From the NCBI GenBank assembly GCA_964556665.1, contig CAZKXU010000070.1:1-18907 (forward strand): a stretch of DNA of 18,907 nt. Reading direction: 5' to 3'. Under the pieces are notes generated by a model. It was not told the DNA's origin and made no database searches. It was given only the letters and a program-made list of their open reading frames with translations. This document shows, in pieces, positions 1 to 6,478 of this stretch (its first letter is position 1; each line of letters begins with the position of its first letter). The position numbers and the translations under genes are program-made. The DNA is from an uncultured Bdellovibrionales bacterium. GTDB taxonomy: Bacteria > Bdellovibrionota_C > UBA2361 > CAZKXU01.

Positions 1-43
1 TATTTGGAGGAGCACTAGTACACTGTAACATAAATCTTTCCCC

Positions 44-118
44 CTGGGACCGCGGGCATCTTGCCCGCAAACGAATTGGTTGCCACTACGTAGCGGGCTG
101 GACGACCGCGGTCCCAGT
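44..118. repeat. Copy 1 of a ~75-nt GC-rich palindromic repeat element (12-bp perfect terminal inverted repeats CTGGGACCGCGG / CCGCGGTCCCAG; internal hairpins)
   Basis: Bases 44-55 pair perfectly with 106-117. The inner hairpin GCGGGCA-tct-TGCCCGC spans 52-68. A second hairpin GCGG...CCGC spans 93-109. The element lies just downstream of the stop of the minus-strand binding-protein gene. It is about 75% identical to the copy at 10751-10825. Confidence 0.85.
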
Positions 119-147
119 GGATCTGAAAAATCTAATGATCGAGTGCG

Positions 148-1215
148 CTACTGCTCTTTCCGCAGCTCTCTTACTTTAATCTCCCTTCCGCTAGCAGAGT
201 CTCTGCCACCAAAGCTAAACGTGCCGGAGTAACCTGAATAGTTCTCTGTTGTTGCTATGCAGCTGCGCACGGCCGCAGGTGTATTATCTTTAAGTATACA
301 GCTTAAAAGGAGCATCGTTTCATCATAGGTAACAGAGGCGCTAGCAGCCTCTGGCGCATGCCCGTATTCTGATCTGAATTTCCTATAAAACCTCTGCTTT
401 GCTTCCTCTTCAAAATGTGGGTAGGAATAGAATATTTTAAAGCCGTATTTTAATATATCCTCTGGGGGATCGAGATAGATAACTAGATCATCACTAAGAA
501 TAAGCGGCCGATCTTGGCGTAGCTCTGACCACTGTTTAAGAAAATCCTGGATCTGGCCGGTATTGTCTAGCAGCATTAAGATGCCGTCCATTTCAGGCGG
601 AGATTTAGTAATGAGAGCGCGCAAGTCGCGCTCTTTGAGTTGAACAAAATGGGTGAATATCGGCTTAGTCTTGGAGGTTGATACAAAGTTTTCTACAAGC
701 AGATCATAATACGGTGTAATAGCAGAGAAAATTCCGATTTTTTTGAAATTACGATTATTACCTTCCACAGCTAGAGCTTCACTGTAGCTCTTATCATCGA
801 ACCAAGCTGTAAAATTATAGTTCCAATCTTTAGAGAGAAACTCCCTGCCGTTATAGGACGGAGAAAGGCAGACAATTTTTCTACTCTCACAGAGCGGCAT
901 AATTACCGCATATGTCTCCCAGGTCGGGCCGATTATATATTGAAACTTATCTATCGCAGTTAGTTTTTGAAAGGCACTGACCGCTTGTTTGTTTTGGAAG
1001 GTGCTATCCTCGATCTTGAAATGCACCTTTATATCAGGATGCGCTGCTTCAAAATCCTTTATCGCGAGGAGGAAAGCCTCTCTCTCAGCTTTGCCCCAAA
1101 TCACCCCGCCGCCGCTCAAGTCGAATATTGCACCTATTCCAATAGTTTTAGGTGCCTGTGCAAAGCATGCCGATGCAGTGAAAATTAGCAAAAACAGGAG
1201 TGTCCAGCGCATCAA
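148..1215 (-). CDS. Periplasmic substrate-binding protein, type-1 PBP fold (LivJ/LivK branched-chain amino-acid-binding family-like), Sec signal peptide
   Basis: 355-aa ORF. The N-terminus MMRWTLLFLLIFTASACFA|QAP is a canonical signal peptide. IGIGAIFDLSGGGVIWGKAEREAFLLAIKDF...YIIGPTWETYAVIMPLCESRKIVCLSPS follows the N-lobe pattern of Leu/Ile/Val-binding proteins. The start codon lies 24 bp downstream of the kup stop, so co-transcription is likely. No ABC permease or ATPase partner is in the window. Confidence 0.75.
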   Translation of the reverse strand: MMRWTLLFLLIFTASACFAQAPKTIGIGAIFDLSGGGVIWGKAEREAFLLAIKDFEAAHPDIKVHFKIEDSTFQNKQAVSAFQKLTAIDKFQYIIGPTWETYAVIMPLCESRKIVCLSPSYNGREFLSKDWNYNFTAWFDDKSYSEALAVEGNNRNFKKIGIFSAITPYYDLLVENFVSTSKTKPIFTHFVQLKERDLRALITKSPPEMDGILMLLDNTGQIQDFLKQWSELRQDRPLILSDDLVIYLDPPEDILKYGFKIFYSYPHFEEEAKQRFYRKFRSEYGHAPEAASASVTYDETMLLLSCILKDNTPAAVRSCIATTENYSGYSGTFSFGGRDSASGREIKVRELRKEQ

Positions 1216-1239
1216 AAGTTCTAGCGTAGTTATAAAACT

Positions 1240-3138
1240 TTATAACTCCACCTGCATTCCAATTTCAATTACCTGCTGAGGTGGAATATGAAAGAAGGTT
1301 GTAGCTCTTTCGGCATTGCGGGAGAGGAAGGCAAAAAGACGCTCCCGCCATATCGCCATACCCTGAAGTTCTGTTGCAATTAGGGTCTCTCTGCCTAAAA
1401 AATAGGTTGTCTCTCCAAAGCGGAGATTTATCCCCTGGTTAGTCAAAGACTTTAAGGCTTCCGGAATATTTGGAGTGTCTGAGAATCCGTAATGCACGAC
1501 CACACGGTAAAATCCCTTTCCTAGATCTTGCATTTCAACCCTCTCTTCACGTGGTACGCGAGGAATCTCCTCTGTTACAACCATTAACATAATCACCTGC
1601 TCGTGGAGTACTTTATTATGTTTAACATTATGCAAGAGTGCCGGTGGGGTGTTGTCAATGCTGCGATTCATGAATATTGCAGTACCTGGAACACGACTAA
1701 CACCTGTGTTGGCCATTTCAAGTACAAAATGTTCAAAAGGAATGCTCTTATGACGCAACCGCTCACCAAGTATCTCACGCCCGCGACACCAGGTAGTCAT
1801 CAGGGTGAATACTGCTAGTCCCATTGCTAGTGGAAACCATCCTCCATGGCCAATCTTAATAATGTTACTACCTAAATATATGGCATCAATTATGAAGAAA
1901 GGTAGTAAGATGAGCAGCGCCTTATATCTAGTCCAACGCCACCTAACCCTAGCGACAAAATAAAGTAAGATAAGAGTTATGATCATGGTGCAGGAAACAG
2001 CAAAGCCATACGCAGAAGCCAGGCTACTTGAGGAGCGGAATTCTAGCACAAGCCAAAGAGTTGCAATTAAGAGTGCATAATTAAGCTGCGGTATATAGAT
2101 CTGTCCAATAGCGTCTGAGGATGTGTGCACTATCTGTAAGCGCGGTAGGTATCCGAGCTGTACTGCCTGTCTAGTAAGAGAAAATGCTCCAGAGATTACA
2201 GCTTGTGAAGCAACTGCTGTTGCGGCTGTAGCCAGAGCCACCATAGGAATGAGCGCCCAATCAGGGACTAATAGGTAAAACGGATTGTATACGGCATTCT
2301 GATCCCGTAACAGCAAGGCACCTTGGCCGAAGTAGTTAAGGGTTAGGCATGGCAGAGCAACCATGAACCAGGCATGTCTGATGGGGATGCGGCCGAAGTG
2401 TCCCATATCAGCGTACATCGCCTCACCTCCGGTTACGACAAGAAAAACACAGCCGATTATCCACATCGATGACCAGCCATGGTTAATCAAAAACTGAATT
2501 GCGTAAGATGGGTTGATTGCCCAGAGCACGTCAGGAGAATGAGAGATGCTGTTAAGCCCAAGAAATCCGATCGATAAAAACCAGACTAAGATAACTGGTC
2601 CAAAAATAAAACCGATTTTTGTTGTACCGTGACGCTGAACTAGGAATAGGCAACTTAAAATTATAAGTGTCAGAGGAATAATATAGTCATCAAATGCGGT
2701 GGTAGCTACTTTAAGACCTTCAACAGCACTTAATACGGAGATAGCTGAGGTAAGCATGCTGTCCCCATACAGAAGTGAGGTTCCGAAAAGTCCCAATAAT
2801 AGGAGGGTGCTGCGCTTTACAACCGGATTACGGGTACGTGGATGAAGCAAGGCCGTTAGCGCCATTACGCCACCCTCTCCACGATTGTCAGCTTTAAGAA
2901 CAATTCCCTGGTATTCTATACAGATCGTCATTATCAGGGCCCAAAAAATAAGGCTCAATATTCCAAAAATATTCTCAGCACTGGGTGGAATGGCGTGTGA
3001 GCCGAAAAAACACTCTCTAATGGCATACAATGGACTAGTGCCGATATCGCCGAAAACGACACCGAGAGCAGTGAGTGTTAGTACAGCGTGAAACTTCTGT
3101 GTGCTATTGCCAGCGTGATGCTTGTTGTCGGTGCTCAT
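1240..3138 (-). CDS. kup: Potassium uptake transporter Kup (KUP/HAK/KT family)
   Basis: 632-aa polytopic membrane protein. The N-terminal ALGVVFGDIGTSPLYAIRE motif is characteristic of the Kup family. Length and hydrophobic profile are typical. Confidence 0.93.
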   Translation of the reverse strand: MSTDNKHHAGNSTQKFHAVLTLTALGVVFGDIGTSPLYAIRECFFGSHAIPPSAENIFGILSLIFWALIMTICIEYQGIVLKADNRGEGGVMALTALLHPRTRNPVVKRSTLLLLGLFGTSLLYGDSMLTSAISVLSAVEGLKVATTAFDDYIIPLTLIILSCLFLVQRHGTTKIGFIFGPVILVWFLSIGFLGLNSISHSPDVLWAINPSYAIQFLINHGWSSMWIIGCVFLVVTGGEAMYADMGHFGRIPIRHAWFMVALPCLTLNYFGQGALLLRDQNAVYNPFYLLVPDWALIPMVALATAATAVASQAVISGAFSLTRQAVQLGYLPRLQIVHTSSDAIGQIYIPQLNYALLIATLWLVLEFRSSSSLASAYGFAVSCTMIITLILLYFVARVRWRWTRYKALLILLPFFIIDAIYLGSNIIKIGHGGWFPLAMGLAVFTLMTTWCRGREILGERLRHKSIPFEHFVLEMANTGVSRVPGTAIFMNRSIDNTPPALLHNVKHNKVLHEQVIMLMVVTEEIPRVPREERVEMQDLGKGFYRVVVHYGFSDTPNIPEALKSLTNQGINLRFGETTYFLGRETLIATELQGMAIWRERLFAFLSRNAERATTFFHIPPQQVIEIGMQVEL

Positions 3139-3198
3139 ATTTTGCTAAGCAGTATGCCAGAAGCTTTGACCTCTGAATATACTGAGAAAACTCTATAT

Positions 3199-3312
3199 AG
3201 ACCTTATGACGCACCCCTCCAAGAAGTAAACTAATAATCGTAGGTTGCTTGTTGTTCCAATGAATAACAAGCCGAGCTACATTTACTAATGGAGGAATGC
3301 GTCATAAGGTCT
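3199..3312 (-). repeat. 114-bp nested inverted-repeat element / long RNA hairpin (22-bp arms AGACCTTATGACGCACCCCTCC ... GGAGGAATGCGTCATAAGGTCT) between small secreted gene stop and kup start
   Basis: Arms 3199-3220 and 3291-3312 are reverse complements at 20 of 22 positions. The two non-matching positions are C:A on the plus strand but G:U wobbles on the minus-strand transcript, giving a continuous 22-bp RNA stem in the transcribed orientation. An inner 7-bp hairpin GCTTGTT...AACAAGC lies at 3246-3271. The right arm overlaps the stop codon of the 3311 gene by 2 nt. Confidence 0.7.
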
Positions 3313-3703
3313 AGAGCACAGTAAGTTCCACTGTTCCTGATCCTGTATCAACTGTTAGTCCAGATAGACCAGGCTCAAGTGTGCAGGTGTGCGGAGCAGG
3401 GCAGATTAGGTTGCCATTGATCATAACAAAAAAATCTTTCCCTAAGAAAAAGATAGTAACTACGAAGCTTTCGCTGATTAATCCAGCATATGCGGGGCTT
3501 GCGTTAGTTACAGTCATATCGATGCTAGTTACACCACTTAAGCCTCCTCCTCCTGATCCAAGGCTGCGTCCACCGCTGCTTTGTGCAAAGACATTTGCTT
3601 GGGAGGATAAATAGTATGCGGTGAAAAAAAGCATTGAAAAGAGAGCCACTAATCTCTTTGTGATGATGCGAGGTCTTGAAGCTCTTGGAAGAAATGGAAG
3701 CAT
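3311..3703 (-). CDS. Hypothetical small secreted protein, Gly/Ser-rich N-terminal region after the signal peptide
   Basis: 130-aa ORF. It has a signal-peptide-like N-terminus (...LVALFSMLFFTAYYLSSQANVFA|QSSGG), followed by the low-complexity stretch GGRSLGSGGGGLSG and a C-terminal segment rich in predicted beta strands. I recognise no homology. It is divergent from the 3814 gene across an AT-rich spacer. Confidence 0.45.
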   Translation of the reverse strand: MLPFLPRASRPRIITKRLVALFSMLFFTAYYLSSQANVFAQSSGGRSLGSGGGGLSGVTSIDMTVTNASPAYAGLISESFVVTIFFLGKDFFVMINGNLICPAPHTCTLEPGLSGLTVDTGSGTVELTVL

Positions 3704-3813
3704 ACTGTGTTGAAGGGTAGCAGATAGAATAATTCAAGTCAAAGTTAAATTAAACAAATATATTGATTTAACTATATGTTGCTCTATATACTTGTCAGAG
3801 GAGGTGTTTGTTC
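3704..3813. promoter_or_regulatory. AT-rich divergent promoter region between the small secreted gene (-) and the 419-aa secreted gene (+); candidate sigma70-like TTGATT(3763-3768)-16nt-TATATA(3785-3790) and strong SD GAGGAGG(3798-3804)
   Basis: The intergenic spacer is AT-rich. Hexamers resembling -35/-10 lie with a 16-nt spacer. A perfect Shine-Dalgarno sits 9 nt upstream of the ATG at 3814. The promoter assignment is tentative because the predicted TSS would fall almost on the SD. Confidence 0.25.
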
Positions 3814-5073
3814 ATGGTCAAAGCTGATCACGCTAGAGGAGTAGCTGTTGCTGCAATTGCGGCTCTGTTTTCAGCTCCACATGCCGTGGCACTCCCACCA
3901 ATGCCATTGAAGATGCCTAGGCTAGAAGAGTCATTGGCAGTCGAGGGCGACAGCCAGGCAGAAAAACTCTCTATCTTTTCAGCTCTCCCGTTGGGTGTTC
4001 GGCAAGCCATAATGGCACGAGTGGAGGAGCGCCTCGATCAGCTAGATGATCCATTTTTTATAGCTATGACGAGATTTACAGGATCAGCTCAAGTAGGTGA
4101 TTTGCCGCTATATGCTCCACAGGTGGTGGTGCAGTATCTAGAAGGTGGCAATAAGAGAGATTTTGTCGGTACCTCCGCAAATGGCGAATCAGATCAAACT
4201 ACAGGCGCCCTTCCGTTTGCACTTGATGTTAAATATGTAGATCGCGGTCTTTATAGAACGGAACTTACTAGTCAGGACCTCTATCCCAATCTTCAATTTA
4301 GAGCTGCACTAAACGGATATCATTCTAATACAGCGTTGTGGCTTGCCACCTTGCTCAAAGAGCTAGATAACGGCCAAGACTTTTTTGCCGGAGATCAGCT
4401 AAAAAGGGAGAATGGATTTTATCTAGACTTTAGTAAGCTTCTCGATACTCGTCTTCCAGGAAAGAGTTGTACTATAGATATAGGGCTTCGTACCGCTGAT
4501 TATACTGATACGACCTGGCTAGATCTGGCATTTGAACCGTTCAAGGCAATAGTTGAGAAGCATTTTGGCGAGGATGGTAAGTACCCCACTGGAAAAATCT
4601 GGTCGGGACAACAGGATAAGCGTTTTATATTACTACAGGTATTTCTTTCATATAGAATTTTTAGGCAGGAACGAGAGGCCTCTGCTTTAGCTTGGGTATT
4701 AAACCCTGATGATTCTTTTCCCGCATCTTATAAAAGTTTTGAAAAAAGATTTGGACCTGGTACGCCTAAGGAGAAATTAAGCTGGAGAGAGGAGGCTATT
4801 GTTTGGTTAGGCGATATGCCTGATTTCTTTCGTCAGATAGATGAGACGAAGACTGCGCTTATTAGAGCGCCTGCAACTCCACCGAGTGGGGGAATAGTAG
4901 CTGGCTCACAACCAGATTTTTATCGAGCGGCTGCTGCCTCTCTTGCGCAACGAGGAGTTAAGGACCATCCAGACACATTGGATACGCTAGCTGTGTTGAA
5001 TGAACGATGGCGAATGCGTAATACTTTAGTAGCATTGATCGCCACTGAGGAGCTTGCTAATGCAACCAGATAA
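3814..5073 (+). CDS. Hypothetical secreted protein (419 aa), function unknown; translationally coupled to downstream sulfatase
   Basis: The ORF runs from a TTG at 3808. The ATG at 3814 is preferred because GAGGAGG ends 9 nt upstream. The N-terminus MVKADHARGVAVAAIAALFSAPHAVA|LPP looks like a Sec signal peptide. I recognise no catalytic motifs; it lacks the RGGS and C-terminal Cys motifs of the formylglycine-generating enzyme and has no radical-SAM CxxxCxxC. The stop at 5071-5073 lies 10 nt before the sulfatase ATG, within the sulfatase SD. Confidence 0.6.
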   Translation: MVKADHARGVAVAAIAALFSAPHAVALPPMPLKMPRLEESLAVEGDSQAEKLSIFSALPLGVRQAIMARVEERLDQLDDPFFIAMTRFTGSAQVGDLPLYAPQVVVQYLEGGNKRDFVGTSANGESDQTTGALPFALDVKYVDRGLYRTELTSQDLYPNLQFRAALNGYHSNTALWLATLLKELDNGQDFFAGDQLKRENGFYLDFSKLLDTRLPGKSCTIDIGLRTADYTDTTWLDLAFEPFKAIVEKHFGEDGKYPTGKIWSGQQDKRFILLQVFLSYRIFRQEREASALAWVLNPDDSFPASYKSFEKRFGPGTPKEKLSWREEAIVWLGDMPDFFRQIDETKTALIRAPATPPSGGIVAGSQPDFYRAAAASLAQRGVKDHPDTLDTLAVLNERWRMRNTLVALIATEELANATR

Positions 5074-5083
5074 GGGAAGTGGA

Positions 5084-6391
5084 ATGAATCTTGTTATGAA
5101 GTTAGCAGCTATTTTTTTCTTTTTAATTTCAACAGCTGCAGCTGCTCCTAATATCCTGGTTATTGTGACAGACGATCACCGGCTTGATCAGATCGACCCA
5201 TTTATGCCGACTGTTCGAAATGAGATCTTTAATAAGGGAGTTGAGTTTTCACGCGCTTATGTTACTACTCCAGCCTGTTGCCCGAGCCGTTCTAGTATCT
5301 TTACCGGACTTTATGCCAAGAACCACGGTGTATTGACAAACCGTGGTGACCTAAAACTACCAACAATATTTAAGTACCTCAAGGATGATTATTATCAGGG
5401 AATTATCGGGAAGTATTTAAATACATGGAATGGAGAGCCTCGGCCAGAGTTTGATTATTGGGTAGCTTTTGACAAGGGGTCTACACGTTATCTTAACCCA
5501 CGGTTAAATATTAATGGAACTTGGAGTGATGTGCCGGGGTATATTACTAATATTTTTACTGTACATGCTCTGAAATTTCTTGAGCATGCCAGGGAGCAGT
5601 CCAAGCCGTTTTTTCTTACGTTAACCTATAACGCACCACACGATTCGGCTACGCCTGATCCAGATGTTGAAAGGGAATTCGATAATATGCCGTTTTCATT
5701 TCCGTTGGCATTCAATAGAAGTTATCATGGTCAGGTATCCTGGCTTAGAGATTACCCAAAGAGGAAAGATATTCAAATACAAAAGATTATGGAGAGGACA
5801 CGTGATCGTTGGGAATGTTTAGGTTCAGTTGATCGGTCTATTATGAACGTTTTATCTTCTCTTGAACAGAACAATCAATTAGCTAATACCATAATCTTTT
5901 TTATCTCTGATAACGGATTATTTAATGGCGAGCACAAATTAACACAGAAGGACTCGCCTTATGAGCCAGCCGTACATGTGCCTTTTGCTATACGTTATGA
6001 TGCTATCATCAGTACACCGCGTAAAAGCGATAGCATTGTAGCTAACATTGATATTGCACCAACTATCTTTGATGTTTTAAGTAAGCCAGCACCGCGTCGT
6101 TTCGACGGTCTCTCACTTAAGAATCTTTTAAGTACTGAGACTCCTGTACGAGATCATCTCTTTTTAGAAGGGTATAGAGATGCAGGTTTAAAAAGAAAGT
6201 TCCGCGCACTAGTAGAAAAAAAATATAAATTTATAGAGTATTGGCCTTACGATGGTAATTCCCGTAATTGGGAGCTATACGACCTAGATCAAGATAGTGG
6301 AGAGACAAAAAATCTTGTTAGAGTGCCGACATTTAGAGAGACAGTTACTAAGTTTAATAAAAAAATCCTGGATTTTTACTCTGAGAATTGA
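5084..6391 (+). CDS. Cys-type sulfatase (formylglycine-dependent; arylsulfatase / N-acetylglucosamine-6-sulfatase-like), secreted
   Basis: The sulfatase signature TTPACCPSRSSIFTGLY contains the C-x-P-x-R core whose Cys is converted to formylglycine. NILVIVTDDHR is the metal-binding N-terminus typical of the family. The signal peptide is MNLVMKLAAIFFFLISTAAAA|PN. The start is placed at the ATG at 5084 (RBS GGGAAGTGGA) rather than the upstream in-frame M at 5054, which would overlap the previous gene. Confidence 0.85.
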   Translation: MNLVMKLAAIFFFLISTAAAAPNILVIVTDDHRLDQIDPFMPTVRNEIFNKGVEFSRAYVTTPACCPSRSSIFTGLYAKNHGVLTNRGDLKLPTIFKYLKDDYYQGIIGKYLNTWNGEPRPEFDYWVAFDKGSTRYLNPRLNINGTWSDVPGYITNIFTVHALKFLEHAREQSKPFFLTLTYNAPHDSATPDPDVEREFDNMPFSFPLAFNRSYHGQVSWLRDYPKRKDIQIQKIMERTRDRWECLGSVDRSIMNVLSSLEQNNQLANTIIFFISDNGLFNGEHKLTQKDSPYEPAVHVPFAIRYDAIISTPRKSDSIVANIDIAPTIFDVLSKPAPRRFDGLSLKNLLSTETPVRDHLFLEGYRDAGLKRKFRALVEKKYKFIEYWPYDGNSRNWELYDLDQDSGETKNLVRVPTFRETVTKFNKKILDFYSEN

Positions 6392-6478
6392 GGCTTATAA
6401 AGCAAGTGCTTATCTCTACAGAGCTTGGTAGTATGTTCTTATTGGCATTTCCCCTAATAATTGCTAAAACCTAGGGTC

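Noticed and set aside
44-118. The 75-nt palindromic element has tRNA-like length, a 7-bp acceptor-like stem (GGGACCG/CGGTCCC) and three internal hairpins, so I tested it as a tRNA or tRNA-like gene
   Set aside because: The first hairpin has a 3-nt loop, far too small for a D-loop. There is no 7-nt anticodon loop on a 5-bp stem and no T-loop (TTCRA) motif. The 3' end is AGTGG, not a discriminator plus CCA context. The middle hairpin is only 3 bp. It is a palindromic repeat, not a tRNA.
3139-3320. c-di-AMP (ydaO/kimA-type) riboswitch in the kup leader, suggested by the association of K+ transporters with that riboswitch class
   Set aside because: I cannot match the conserved ydaO core motifs from memory with confidence. 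The structure seen is a simple long nested hairpin rather than the pseudo-two-fold ydaO architecture. It is left as a database check (Rfam scan) inside the hairpin finding.
3808-3813. TTG at 3808 as the start of the 419-aa gene; similarly TTG 6461 for pyc, ATG 5054 for the sulfatase, TTG 13033 for yajC and ATG 14900 for secF, as the ORF track suggests
   Set aside because: In each case a downstream in-frame ATG has much better SD spacing (GAGGAGG for 3814, AGGG for 6479, GGGAAGTGGA for 5084, AAGGA for 13051) or avoids a long overlap with the upstream gene (15005 for secF). The N-termini from those ATGs are the conserved or signal-peptide N-termini.
3814-5073. Whether the 419-aa protein is the sulfatase-maturating enzyme (FGE or anSME)
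   Set aside because: It lacks the FGE RGGS and C-terminal Cys-rich active-site motifs and the radical-SAM CxxxCxxC cluster motif. The signal peptide would also be unexpected for anSME. It is kept as an unknown partner protein instead.
6440-6470. Possible sigma54 promoter (TGGCAT ... TTGCT) upstream of pyc
   Set aside because: The GG and GC elements are 17 nt apart rather than the required 10-nt spacing of the -24/-12 consensus.
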